This document shows positions 30,605-40,731 of a stretch of 64,000 bases of DNA, one piece after another. Under the pieces are notes generated by a model, which was not told where the DNA came from, did not search any database, and saw only the letters and a list, made by a program, of their open reading frames with translations. Source of the DNA: Planctomycetota bacterium. Its GTDB lineage: Bacteria; Planctomycetota; UBA8108; SXIK01. Location of the stretch: assembly GCA_965223265.1 (NCBI GenBank), contig OZ244999.1:8384001-8448000 (forward strand), written 5' to 3'. How positions within the stretch are numbered: position 1 is the stretch's first letter; each line of letters begins with the position of its first letter. A program made the translations under genes and the position numbers.

Positions 30605-30770
30605 AGCGTGGCCTCGTTCCCGCAGATCGTCTTCTGAGTAGAAGGCACAACCCCGCGTGACGCCAGGAACGCGACCCTCAGAAGACTCACATCCTCTCTG
30701 TGGCGTCTGGTTTTTCGCTGGCTACGCACACAGGAGGTCGTGCGCTCTGCGTTGGCGCTGGGCGCCAGGT

Positions 30771-32315
30771 TTATCTTGCCGCCGCTGTCTCTGCCTTCGC
30801 CTTGGGCGGAAGACCCAACATGCGACGGAGGTCGTTCTCCGCGATTGGCACCGATGGCACCCCCCGCTCTGGCACCTCTGCCTTGGTGATCCAAACAATG
30901 GCGTTCAGCATCAGCGTGCGGAAGTCATCGTGCGCGAAGCTCCACAGGTAGTGGCCGCCGGTGAGGCCGAAGCCACGCCCGCCGTCCGGCCGTTCGGTGG
31001 CCCACGCCAGGTGCTGCGGTTGGCCGAGCGTCTTGCGGACGTGAGGGTTGCCGCTCCTTGGGCCGTCTTTGCGCTTCAGTGATTCAGGAGGTGGCACGGC
31101 GGTCAAGATCGGCGTGACCCGATCCATGTTGTCGCGAAAGCGCATGAAGTAGTACCACTCGTCGTTGAGCGTGAACGGCTTGACGCCGCGCGTGATCGGG
31201 TGCGCCGGTAGCGACTTGATCTCCGCCGTCCAGTGTGGGTTGACGGACCAATTGAGCTCGAAGTAACCACCCAGCCAGTCCAGGAAGTAGTTCCCCGGCT
31301 CACCCTTTTCGATTTCGACGGCGAAATGAATGCAGGCCAATCCGACGCCCTTTTTCATGAGCGCGTCGACCTCGGCGGCATGACCCTCGCCAGCAAAGAT
31401 CGGATGCCTTCTACTCGTGCCGTCGCTATAGACGACGATCGCGTCAGCGTTGTCGAACGCCGTCGGATCGTCTGGCCAACCGCCGGCGTAGAGCACCGCG
31501 TCGATGTTGCGAAGGCTTTCGTTCAGCGCCTTGACCATCACCTGGCACCCGGCCAGAAACTCGTGCTCGCCACGCCCATGGCTCGCTCGCCCAGCGACGA
31601 AGACAACCTTCTTGCGATCTGGGAGCTTGAGGCGTTTGAGCCGAATGTTGCGGAACTGCACTTTCATCGGCGGTCCGGAGTGTAGCTGCAGCGCCAAGAT
31701 TCCACGATCGCGCCGGTCAAGCGTTCCCATATCGATCACGTCGGACATGATCTGTCCGTTGATCTTGTGGATGAAGCGATTGCCGCTGGCGATGATGTGA
31801 TACTCGTTCCAGTCGTCTTTGCGGATATGACCTTGGAGCGCCGCGCCGTCTCCGAGGCTGCCAGTGACCTGACGCTTCTTCCCTTTGTCGTAAACGATCG
31901 TGCGCTCGCCACGTTTTGCGAGGATGCCGCGGCCGCGTTCGTGGTAGTGGGCACCGGACCAGACATCGCCCGCTTCGAGGTCGGCCTGGTAGCCGGCGAC
32001 AACGTAGTTGCGCTCCTCTTTCGAGCGGTATTGGATCCCGGAGTTGCCACCCTCGATTCTGTATTCGAGCTTGAGCTCGAAGTCGTCGACTTCGCCCTGG
32101 GTCCAAATGATGAATGTGTTGCCGCGGGTTGGGTTCCCCACCGTTGTCTGACCCGTGATGGCACCGTCTTCGACGCGCCAAAATTTGCTGATGCCCGACC
32201 AGCCGTCGAGGTCGGTGCCGTTGAAGATCGACTTGAACCCGCCATCGTCCGCCGCGGCTACTGCGGACAGACACAAGCTAGTCGCAACGGTGACGCACAA
32301 GAGGGAAGTTCGCAT
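30771..32315 (-). CDS. DUF1080 (3-keto-disaccharide hydrolase-like) + ThuA-like domain protein
   Basis: FNGTDLDGW, GNSGIQYRS, GYQAD, WNEYHI, GILALQLH; then SHGRGEHE, HPITRGV, DEWY, RGFGLTGGH. Confidence 0.87.
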   Translation of the reverse strand: MRTSLLCVTVATSLCLSAVAAADDGGFKSIFNGTDLDGWSGISKFWRVEDGAITGQTTVGNPTRGNTFIIWTQGEVDDFELKLEYRIEGGNSGIQYRSKEERNYVVAGYQADLEAGDVWSGAHYHERGRGILAKRGERTIVYDKGKKRQVTGSLGDGAALQGHIRKDDWNEYHIIASGNRFIHKINGQIMSDVIDMGTLDRRDRGILALQLHSGPPMKVQFRNIRLKRLKLPDRKKVVFVAGRASHGRGEHEFLAGCQVMVKALNESLRNIDAVLYAGGWPDDPTAFDNADAIVVYSDGTSRRHPIFAGEGHAAEVDALMKKGVGLACIHFAVEIEKGEPGNYFLDWLGGYFELNWSVNPHWTAEIKSLPAHPITRGVKPFTLNDEWYYFMRFRDNMDRVTPILTAVPPPESLKRKDGPRSGNPHVRKTLGQPQHLAWATERPDGGRGFGLTGGHYLWSFAHDDFRTLMLNAIVWITKAEVPERGVPSVPIAENDLRRMLGLPPKAKAETAAAR

Positions 32316-32583
32316 CGTGTCATCCTTGTTTTAGGTTTCTTTGCAGCCCTGCCGCGCGAACCACATCGAAACATGTGCGCAGGGGAGTCGTCAGCTTGTC
32401 GACGAGGCTCAAGAAGTGACTGAAGCGTGCTGAGCGTCAAGCGGCGATCTTCTGCCGATCGGTTCGACGTGCAGATCGGGAGAGCCCTTCCCTGGGAAGA
32501 CTACCTCGACGCCGTTGGGATTGTAAAGAGGCGCTGAGCGCGCAGCGTCGATTCGAGTGCTTGTTGACGCGACCCCTGCGATC

Positions 32584-34875
32584 TCACGGCTCGTCGAGGG
32601 TGCCCGCGTCCTCGGCCAGGGCGTTTCTGAGAAAATCGCCGCGCGTGCGAACAAAATTGAGCATGCTCGAGGTCGCGTTCGTGATGCGATTGCGCCTTTC
32701 GGTGAGATCTCGGCCGAGGTACGTCTCCATCAGAGTCAAGTCTTCGAGAAGACTCTTTTCGATGGGGCCGCGGAGCGCGGTATATGCTTCTTCAGTGAGC
32801 TTGCCGCCCGGTGAGATGTGAAGACTCAAAAGGTCGCGGTACACCTGGTCGAGGTCGGACTGCAGATGATGGCTTCGACTGATGAGATTCGGGCGCCAAT
32901 TGTCGATCGTGCACGGCCCAGTCGGAAAGATGGGAAACGACACGATCATTTCCGGGCAGCGAAACGTCCCATCCATATCCCAGGGAAAGAGTTCCCACTT
33001 TCCAGTCGGCGTCAGGTCGTTATAGAAGTAGAGATTGTTGTGTGTGCTATCGGTGTGGCCGGTGAGGGCAATGCCGACCGAGTAGAGGCAGACACTGTCG
33101 ATGTTGATTTGACTGAAGACCAGGTCCCGAACGACCGCCGCGTCCTCGGTGTCGAGCTGCGTCGTGATGGTGTCGATGCTGACGTCGCCGGAATGGGGGT
33201 TTGTCCGTTTGATGAAGGCGTTGCGATCCAGTTTGTAGAGATCGCCGTTATTGTCTAGGTCGTTGAGATCGAGAAAGCGCTTATTGACTTGTTGAACGAT
33301 CGTACGCTGGGAGTGGCGTTTCTCGGAGTCGCTCGGCATCGTGTAGTCAATCACGCGAAACCAATCGGTCCACGATGCTCGCGCACCGATTTCACGAAAG
33401 ACCTGAAACGCAAGGTGCTCGACATGGGCGCTATCGGCGAGGGCTTCGATCAGGTTGATCGTACGGTCGTCGCGAAACTCCTGTCCTTTGAGGAACGTCA
33501 GGTTGTGACCGTTTTGGGGGTTGAGATTGGACATCCGCCGTCTCACCTCGGCACCGTCGTAAGCGGTTGGAAACGCGTCGCCAAGATCCTGAATCGCTGC
33601 ACCGCTGACCGGCAGGCGGAAATCAACGAGCGCCGTTTCCAGTCGCGGGAACAACCAAAGGAGCGGCAATTTGGTTTCGACTTCCCCATCGAAGACGAAA
33701 TAGCTGATGAACGCACCTTGGTCGGCCGGATGCGGCAGGATCGTCGTTTCGTCGCTGGTTAGCTCCACCAAAATGTTGGCGCGTACGATCACTTGCGATG
33801 GCGCTGGTGGGATGGTGGCGCGCAGAGTCACGGAGCGTTCCTGCGTGGAGACCACCTGCATTGTCGCGGTGTCCATGTCAGTGAGAACGTCGGCGGCGGT
33901 TTCCCACCGTAGCGTCGCGGCTCGAATGGTATCGGGCGGCGCGTCGAGCACCACGGTGAGGTTGACGCTGTCGGCCGAGCGCGGAGCTTCGGGCTCAACA
34001 TCCACGGCTGCGATCGTCGGATGCGTCGGCGTGCCGAGGGTCGTGTTCTCAAGCCCAGGTGTTCCGCCGAGCGCCGGCCCGGTTTGGCGAAAGGAAGTTC
34101 GCCAGCTGTGGAAATCATCGGCTGGTGCTGCGTAGTCGATGCGCTCGAGCGCCGGCCCATAGCCGTCGGCGCCGATCGGCCAAGGTGGACGATCGTTGTA
34201 GCGGACCGACTCGATCGTGCAGTTGCCGTTCGACAGCGTCAGACGTTCCCCGCCGTCAGCCAGCGTCCCTTCGAAAGGTCCGACCTTGAGTGCGTCCAGC
34301 GCCGGCCAGCGGCTGAAGTCGGGATAGGCTAGGACCACAAGGAAGTCGTTCGGCGGTACGACCGTCCCTTCCGGCATCGTGAACGTGATGCCATTGGTGA
34401 ATTGGTAGCCGCTGACGTCGATCGGAATGTCGGTGCGGTTGTAGAGCTCGACGAACTCGCGTCGCCGGTCGTTGCCGCGGGGATTGTAATTGATTTCGCT
34501 AAAGACGATGGCGTTGGTGGCGTCTGCGTCAGGCTGATCCGCGCAGCCCAAGGGGTCACAAGTCGGATCGGGACCATCTCGAAGCGCCCCCGGATAGGGG
34601 AGCGGATCGCCACCGGCGAAAAGTAGCAGCAGCGTGCTCTGGGCGTCGGCGAGGTCGAGGGCGCCGTCGTCGTTGGCATCGGCTGCATCGTCGCAGCTGA
34701 GTGAAACGTCACCACGAAAGAGCGCCAGAATGTGCGTCACTGCATCGGCCACGTTGACCTGACCATCACGGTTCGCGTCGCCGCGCACGAAATCGGCACA
34801 AAGGCGCGTGCTACTGGTAGAAACCAAGGCTATCGCGACGATCGCAGCGTGACCTGCCGCTCGTCTTATTGACAT
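32584..34875 (-). CDS. Secreted dockerin-like + lamin-tail domain + CotH kinase protein
   Basis: Signal peptide; FVRGDANRDG..ADANDDG; SEINYNP..EFVELYN (LTD); GDLYK, HTDSTHNNLYFY, FPWDMD (CotH). Confidence 0.83.
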   Translation of the reverse strand: MSIRRAAGHAAIVAIALVSTSSTRLCADFVRGDANRDGQVNVADAVTHILALFRGDVSLSCDDAADANDDGALDLADAQSTLLLLFAGGDPLPYPGALRDGPDPTCDPLGCADQPDADATNAIVFSEINYNPRGNDRRREFVELYNRTDIPIDVSGYQFTNGITFTMPEGTVVPPNDFLVVLAYPDFSRWPALDALKVGPFEGTLADGGERLTLSNGNCTIESVRYNDRPPWPIGADGYGPALERIDYAAPADDFHSWRTSFRQTGPALGGTPGLENTTLGTPTHPTIAAVDVEPEAPRSADSVNLTVVLDAPPDTIRAATLRWETAADVLTDMDTATMQVVSTQERSVTLRATIPPAPSQVIVRANILVELTSDETTILPHPADQGAFISYFVFDGEVETKLPLLWLFPRLETALVDFRLPVSGAAIQDLGDAFPTAYDGAEVRRRMSNLNPQNGHNLTFLKGQEFRDDRTINLIEALADSAHVEHLAFQVFREIGARASWTDWFRVIDYTMPSDSEKRHSQRTIVQQVNKRFLDLNDLDNNGDLYKLDRNAFIKRTNPHSGDVSIDTITTQLDTEDAAVVRDLVFSQINIDSVCLYSVGIALTGHTDSTHNNLYFYNDLTPTGKWELFPWDMDGTFRCPEMIVSFPIFPTGPCTIDNWRPNLISRSHHLQSDLDQVYRDLLSLHISPGGKLTEEAYTALRGPIEKSLLEDLTLMETYLGRDLTERRNRITNATSSMLNFVRTRGDFLRNALAEDAGTLDEP

Positions 34876-34999
34876 GAGATTCCTCTTGGGGGTGGGGGAG
34901 GGAAAGGTCGAGTGTACCCCCCGTCCGGACGAACCACAACGTTCGGTGCGATGTTCGGGGAAGGGATCGAGGACGCGAGGCGCGGGCGAGCCTTGCTAG

Positions 35000-35251
35000 C
35001 TCGAGTTTGGCCATTTCGCGCCGGCCTGGCGGACGAGTTTCGCGGGGATTCAAAGGCCCATTCGACTTTTTTGTACCCTGAGAACCCTTGTGCATGTTCA
35101 AAAACTCCTGTCCGGCCCTTCGGGGAGAGCCAGGAGCGCCGATGCCCGCGCCCGTCCTCCGCCACGACCCGAGCACGATCGCGCCCGAGTCGCTCCTTGG
35201 CCTCGACGCTCCTGGCGCTGGCAGGCTCGACGCGAAATGGCCAAACTCGAG
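35000..35251. mobile_element. 252-bp non-autonomous IS derivative (MITE) with perfect 21-bp TIRs and 5-bp target duplication GCTAG
   Basis: CTCGAGTTTGGCCATTTCGCG (35000-35020) and CGCGAAATGGCCAAACTCGAG (35231-35251); GCTAG at 34995-34999 and 35252-35256. Confidence 0.85.
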
Positions 35252-35304
35252 GCTAGGCGCTGCAATTCCTTTTGCAACGGCAGTCAGATTCCGTGTCCGT
35301 GCGA

Positions 35305-36939
35305 CTACCAGAGCAAGTAGAACGTCAGATACACAGCTGCGGCCAACAGAACCAACGCAAACCAACGCGGTTCGAGTAGGCGCGGCACCTCGCTCTTGAA
35401 CGGATGCTCGCGCAGCTCGGGCAATTCTCGCCGGCTGCGCTCAAGCCACGTGTCGTTCGCCTGTTCCACGTCGTTCGCCTGCTGCCGCGGCTCACGCCCG
35501 AGCACCACGGTGACCAAGGCCATAGGTGTCAGCGTGAACAGCAGCGACCAAAGGAACGCGACCCACGCACCCGTGAACCAAGGCTGCAGCCAGGAGAGGT
35601 CTTTTTCGCGGTCAATCAGCGCGAGCACGCCATAGGCGCCGCCGCACAGAAGCCCCACGAGCCCGCTACGGCGGTGCACCCGCGAGAACACTCCGGCGAC
35701 ATAGATCGCCAGTAGGGGCGTCACGAACACCGGAATCAGCGTCGTCAGCGCTTGGATCATCGTTGGCTTTTTGGCGATGAAAGGGATGTAGCAGAAACCG
35801 AGAGCGAGAACGCCGATCGTGAAGTAGCGGCTGGCAACAACGTAATGCGCATCCGGTGCGTTGCGCCGGATCAGCCGCGCGTAGAAGTCGCGCGTCAGGA
35901 GGGCCGAGAGTGCAGAGCCCATGGAGTCGAACGTGCTGATGGATGCAGCGACAATCGCCGCGACCACGACACCACGGAAACCGGATGCCAGGTATTCACT
36001 GACGAGGCGAGAGAACGCGGCGTCACCCTGCTGAAGGTTTGGAAACAACACTCGAGCAAATACGCCAAGACTCAGACACACCAAAAGCATCGGCATACTG
36101 AGTGCAGCCCCAAGCAGAGCGGCCATTTTCATGTCCCACAGAGAACGACAACCCATCAGCCGCATCGTCTGAGTGTGATTCACCGTCCAGTATCCACACG
36201 CGATGATTATCCAACCGCAAGCGATCACGATCGGCGAGGTCTCGCCATTTTCGCCTCGGTAGCCACTGACTCGTGAAAGTTGTCCGAGATCATTCTTCTC
36301 CAATCGCGACACCATCTCGCTCCACCCGCCGACGACATTCCAAACGACCACGAAGAGGACGAGAGCACCGGCGATCATGATGAGGCCTTGAAGTGCATCA
36401 GTTACAACCACGGATTTGAGGCCGCCCCACGCCGTGTAGATGGCGACGAAGATCACGGCGATGACGATCAAGCTCCACGCTGCGAACGATGTCAGACCGA
36501 CGAGCTGCGTGAGCAGAAGATACACAGCCCACGTCATGAGGCCGAGCATGGTGCTACGATACTGCACTTGGATGAAGGCGCTGAGAACTCGGGTAGTGGG
36601 ACCAAAGCGCGCTTCGAGGTACTCTGCATTAGTGAAGATTCCGCTGCGGTAGATCGCTGGTACGATCCAGAACGCTGCGAGCACTGCTCCGAGCACGGTT
36701 CCCACCGAGTGCACCGTAAAGAAGTGAAGCCCGTTGGCGTAGGCGCCGCCGACCATCGAGGTCAGGTCCGCGTTGTCGACGTTCGTTGCGAACATCGAGA
36801 TGCCGACCATCCACCACGGCAGCGCACGCGCACCGAGAAACCACTCACTACTCGTCTTCGTACCGCGTGCTGATACGAAGCCGTAGATGACCACGGCGCC
36901 ATTGAGAAGGAGAACGACGATCCAATCGACCAAAGTCAC
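35305..36939 (-). CDS. Sodium:solute symporter (SSS) family transporter
   Basis: WFLGARALPWW.VG.SMFATN, AEYLEARFG, YTAWGGLKSVVVTDALQ, GVVVAAIVAASISTFDS, TRDFY; many TM segments. Confidence 0.9.
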   Translation of the reverse strand: MTLVDWIVVLLLNGAVVIYGFVSARGTKTSSEWFLGARALPWWMVGISMFATNVDNADLTSMVGGAYANGLHFFTVHSVGTVLGAVLAAFWIVPAIYRSGIFTNAEYLEARFGPTTRVLSAFIQVQYRSTMLGLMTWAVYLLLTQLVGLTSFAAWSLIVIAVIFVAIYTAWGGLKSVVVTDALQGLIMIAGALVLFVVVWNVVGGWSEMVSRLEKNDLGQLSRVSGYRGENGETSPIVIACGWIIIACGYWTVNHTQTMRLMGCRSLWDMKMAALLGAALSMPMLLVCLSLGVFARVLFPNLQQGDAAFSRLVSEYLASGFRGVVVAAIVAASISTFDSMGSALSALLTRDFYARLIRRNAPDAHYVVASRYFTIGVLALGFCYIPFIAKKPTMIQALTTLIPVFVTPLLAIYVAGVFSRVHRRSGLVGLLCGGAYGVLALIDREKDLSWLQPWFTGAWVAFLWSLLFTLTPMALVTVVLGREPRQQANDVEQANDTWLERSRRELPELREHPFKSEVPRLLEPRWFALVLLAAAVYLTFYLLW

Positions 36940-38060
36940 CGGCGAGGTTCCTCAGTATCGGCTGCGGCGGAATTGATCTCCGGAAACTCGCTCTGGTAGG
37001 TAGCGGTCGGTGATGGGTCGGCATTCGAGTGGCTGGCTTCAAAGGCTCCGCCCTCAAGCCGGCGGATGGCGTCGGGCCAAAACAGTTCTAGTTCGCGTTC
37101 CTGTTTCGTCTGCACCGGGATCTGATAGTGGCGGTTGGTGTATTTCAGCGGTCGCCCATCGGCTTCGCGATGATTCACGAACTGTCGATGATTGTCGAGG
37201 CGTGCTCGGACGCGCTGGATGCCAAGCTCGCGCGCACTTGGAAGCCGACTTGCCGCCTGTTCGACGAGGCTCGTCTTCACCTCGACCCCAATGCTGCTGC
37301 GGGCAGAGCAGACAGCGGCGAGCGTCGATGTTCCTGTGCCGAGAAACGGATCCAGAACGGTGTCGCCGATAATAGAGAACATCTGGATCAGCCGGTACGC
37401 TAGCTCAAAAGGAAACGCACCGCTGCGGCTGCGAGCGCTAGGGTCGATGCGACTTTGCGCCGCCCCCTTCAGGTCGAACCAAACGTCGGAGAACCACTGA
37501 TTGCGCTCCTCCCAGAAGTACGCACTTCGGCGCCGCAGCGTCTTCTCGTCGTCGCTGTCGAAGTGTCGTTTTCCTCCCTTGCGAAAGACCAGAATGTACT
37601 CGTGCTCGTACGTGACATACGCCCCCGGGGGGAGCATCCCGGAGCCAAGAAACTTGTTCGGCGCATTGGTCTGTTTGCGCCAGATGAGATCAGGAAGCGC
37701 AACAAACCCAAGGGCGGTGGCGCTCGTCACGATGCGACTATGATTCGAGAAGAGTTGAAATTCTCCGGAGAGGGTGCGTGTGGCATCGCCGATGTTGATG
37801 CAGGCGATGCCACCCGGTCTCAGCACACGGAAGCATTCACGCCACACTTTGTCGAGCTCGAGATGCATGAGCTCGAACGCGCGCCGGTAGTCATCCGCCT
37901 CGAGACTCTTGCCAACCTCCTCGTTGAGCTCGGCAAATGCGCCGTCCCACATTTCGACCATCGGGTAGGGTGGCGACGTGACGACGAGCTCGACTGAGCC
38001 GTCGTTGACGCTCCGGAGCTGCCGTGCGTCGCCAAGTTCGATGCGGTGCGTGGTCTTCAT
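36936..38060 (-). CDS. Site-specific DNA methyltransferase (N4-cytosine/N6-adenine, beta class), orphan
   Basis: Motif IV VTSPPY precedes motif I VLDPFLGTGT; IW.KQTN, EHEYILVFRK, FPFELAYRLI. Start 38060 or 38108. Confidence 0.88.
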   Translation of the reverse strand: MKTTHRIELGDARQLRSVNDGSVELVVTSPPYPMVEMWDGAFAELNEEVGKSLEADDYRRAFELMHLELDKVWRECFRVLRPGGIACINIGDATRTLSGEFQLFSNHSRIVTSATALGFVALPDLIWRKQTNAPNKFLGSGMLPPGAYVTYEHEYILVFRKGGKRHFDSDDEKTLRRRSAYFWEERNQWFSDVWFDLKGAAQSRIDPSARSRSGAFPFELAYRLIQMFSIIGDTVLDPFLGTGTSTLAAVCSARSSIGVEVKTSLVEQAASRLPSARELGIQRVRARLDNHRQFVNHREADGRPLKYTNRHYQIPVQTKQERELELFWPDAIRRLEGGAFEASHSNADPSPTATYQSEFPEINSAAADTEEPRR

Positions 38061-38461
38061 AGGCAGCTCATGTCCCCGGCGTAGCTGATGGATGGCGTTA
38101 GAGTTCAACAGATGGACAGAGTCTCGACAAGCAAGATCATGGTGGTGGTCGAAGTACAGGACTTGTTCTGGGCGCGGCCGACCCCGACCGCCCGATTCGT
38201 GCCACGGGTCGAAACCGACGACAGGCGAGAACTCTGTAGTGGGAGCCGCCAGATTTTGATCGATCGCGCGGTTTTCGGCGCAGTGATGTCGAGACCGTAC
38301 CGCTCTGACCCGGAAGCGGAGTTTCGGTAGAACGTCTCAACGTTCAGTCGCGAACTCACTTGATCCACTCCCATTGTGGCGGCGCGTTTTTTGCAGCCTC
38401 ATCGCTGGCGGAAGGTGGTTCCGCTTGAATCTGAGCCTGCAGCATTCGTGAGGAACGATTC

Positions 38462-40672
38462 TTGCCACCCACGAGGCGATCCGAACGTTGGGTCTTCGCT
38501 CTTGGAACATTGCCGCGCGCTTGGGCTACCGCCGTGGTCGTGGGCCTCGCGCTGACGCACGCTGCGTGTAGAGACGGGAGCAGCGGTGGGGGCGAGTCGT
38601 TCGGCCTCACGTCGAGAGCGATCGTTGAGGGTCTGACGTTTCCCGACGGGTTGCCGAGTCCGACGCCGCTCACTCCCATCCGGCGATTCCCGCAGTTGAC
38701 GTTCTCTGCGCCGGTGTTCCTGACCGCACCTCCGGACGGAAGTGACCGCATCGCGGTGGTCGAGAAGGCGGGTGTGATCCACATCTTCCCCAACGACGAC
38801 GCCGTGACCGCCACGACCGTGTTTCTGGATCACCGCGCCGTCGTGCGACCGGACGGTGAAGGTGGACTTCTCGGCTTGGCTTTCCATCCAGACTATGCGA
38901 CCAACGGCTTTTTCTACGTCTACTACACCTTCGGTCCGACTTTCGACTCCCGCGTCTCGCGTTGGCGAGTCGATTCTATCGACCCAAACCGCGCGGACGC
39001 TTCGTCAGAGGAAGTCCTTCTTGAATTCGATCAGCCATTCGCAAACCACAACGGCGGCATGATCGCTTTTGGTCCCGATGGCATGCTCTACATCGCTACC
39101 GGCGACGGCGGTGGCGCGAACGATCCGTTCGACAATTCGCAGAACCTCGGCAACCTTCTGGGAAAGGTCCTGCGACTCGATCCGGACGGTGGCGTGCCGG
39201 CGGACAATCCATTCGTCGGCATGCCGACTGCGCGCGGGGAGATCTGGGCGTACGGTCTGCGAAATCCGTGGCGCTTTAGCTTCGATCGCGCCACCGGGGA
39301 CCTCTGGCTGGGCGACGTGGGCCAGAACGGATTCGAAGAAGTCGATCTGATCGAGAGAGGCGGCAACTATGGATGGCGTGTCTACGAAGGCAACAGCTCA
39401 GCGATCAACCCGTTCGATCTGCCGGCCTCTGATTTTGCCGCACCTGTGATCGCCTACGATCACTCGTTGGGTGCGAGTGTCACCGGTGGGTACGTATATC
39501 GAGGATCGCGGTTGAGCTCGCTCGTCGGGTCCTATCTGTACGGTGACTTCACCAGCGGCAACATTTGGGCGTTGGTCTACGATGGTGATCAAGTCATCTC
39601 GGCCGAACAGGTGGCAACGCTCATCACCCCAAGCTCATTCGGCGAGGACGAAGCTGGCGAGGTCTATGCGGTGTCGTTCAACACTGGCGAGATCTACTGG
39701 TTCGAAGAGAATTCCCCGCCGCCAACGCCAACGTTCCCCCAGCTGCTCTCGGAGACCGGACTGTTTACCGATCTCGCGTCGCTCACGCCAACTCCCGGGC
39801 TCATCGAGTATGACGTCAACGTGCGCTTTTGGTCGGACGGAGCGGAGAAGAGGCGGTGGATGGCTCTTCCAGGGATGAGTCGTATGGGGTTCACGATCGA
39901 CGCGGCGTACGAGTTTCCCGTCGGCACGGTTCTGGTCAAACATTTCGAACTGCCGATTTCTGCCGTGGAGAGTCGGCGTGTCGAGCTGCGTGTCTTGCTC
40001 AAAACAGCCGCTGGATGGGAGGGTTATTCCTATCGGTGGCGCGATGCGCAGAATGACGGTGACTTGATGGTTGGGTCCAATACCGAGGACTTTACGATCG
40101 AGACTGATGGCGGCGGGACACGTCAACAGACGTGGTACTACCCCAGCAGGTCGGACTGCGGGCGGTGTCACACGGCCGCGGCTGGGTTTGTTCTTGGCAT
40201 TCGAACCCGCCAGCTGAATCGTGATTTCGACTACGCCCTGCAGACGGACAACCAGCTCCGGTCGTGGAATCACATCGATCTATTCAAAACCTCGATAGGC
40301 GATCCGTCGCTCTTCGGGCGACTCGTCAACCCTTACGATCCGACGAGCGATCTTGACGCACGAGCTCGTTCCTACTTGGCAGTGAACTGTTCTGGATGCC
40401 ATAGACCCGGCGGGCCGACTCCAGTGGGTCTCGACTTTCGCTACAGTACACCTCTCTCGCTCATGGATGCAGTTGACGTCCCACCGAACGCGGGCGACCT
40501 TGGACTACCCGACGCCGCGATCATTCGATCGGGGACGAAGGAGTCGAGCGTGCTTTGGGAGCGCATGCAGCGAACCGATGGGTTCCGCATGCCTCCTCTC
40601 GGCACACTCGAAGTCGATACAGATGGGGTCGACTTGATCGGCGAGTGGATCGACGCTGGCCCAACGTCGTGA
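38462..40672 (+). CDS. PQQ-dependent sugar dehydrogenase fused to a C-terminal diheme cytochrome c domain; probable lipoprotein
   Basis: LALTHAAC lipobox; EGGLLGLAFHP, NHNGG, YGLRNPWR, GNYGW, SFGED; then LSETGLF, WSDGAEKRRW, CGRCH, CSGCH, RMPPLG. Confidence 0.87.
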   Translation: MPPTRRSERWVFALGTLPRAWATAVVVGLALTHAACRDGSSGGGESFGLTSRAIVEGLTFPDGLPSPTPLTPIRRFPQLTFSAPVFLTAPPDGSDRIAVVEKAGVIHIFPNDDAVTATTVFLDHRAVVRPDGEGGLLGLAFHPDYATNGFFYVYYTFGPTFDSRVSRWRVDSIDPNRADASSEEVLLEFDQPFANHNGGMIAFGPDGMLYIATGDGGGANDPFDNSQNLGNLLGKVLRLDPDGGVPADNPFVGMPTARGEIWAYGLRNPWRFSFDRATGDLWLGDVGQNGFEEVDLIERGGNYGWRVYEGNSSAINPFDLPASDFAAPVIAYDHSLGASVTGGYVYRGSRLSSLVGSYLYGDFTSGNIWALVYDGDQVISAEQVATLITPSSFGEDEAGEVYAVSFNTGEIYWFEENSPPPTPTFPQLLSETGLFTDLASLTPTPGLIEYDVNVRFWSDGAEKRRWMALPGMSRMGFTIDAAYEFPVGTVLVKHFELPISAVESRRVELRVLLKTAAGWEGYSYRWRDAQNDGDLMVGSNTEDFTIETDGGGTRQQTWYYPSRSDCGRCHTAAAGFVLGIRTRQLNRDFDYALQTDNQLRSWNHIDLFKTSIGDPSLFGRLVNPYDPTSDLDARARSYLAVNCSGCHRPGGPTPVGLDFRYSTPLSLMDAVDVPPNAGDLGLPDAAIIRSGTKESSVLWERMQRTDGFRMPPLGTLEVDTDGVDLIGEWIDAGPTS

Positions 40673-40731
40673 CGCCCAGCAAACGGTCGAGCTGCGCGGC
40701 GTTCGCGCTGAGCCGACCGCACGTCACAACT

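Noticed and set aside
30629-30686. Inverted repeat GTCTTCTGAG...CTCAGAAGAC between convergent genes; possible attC site or sRNA
   Set aside because: No RYYYAAC/GTTRRRY ends; at most a terminator-like hairpin.
38120-38295. 9-bp inverted repeat GTCTCGACA...TGTCGAGAC upstream of the methyltransferase; possible MITE
   Set aside because: Too short, with no target duplication and no second copy in the window.
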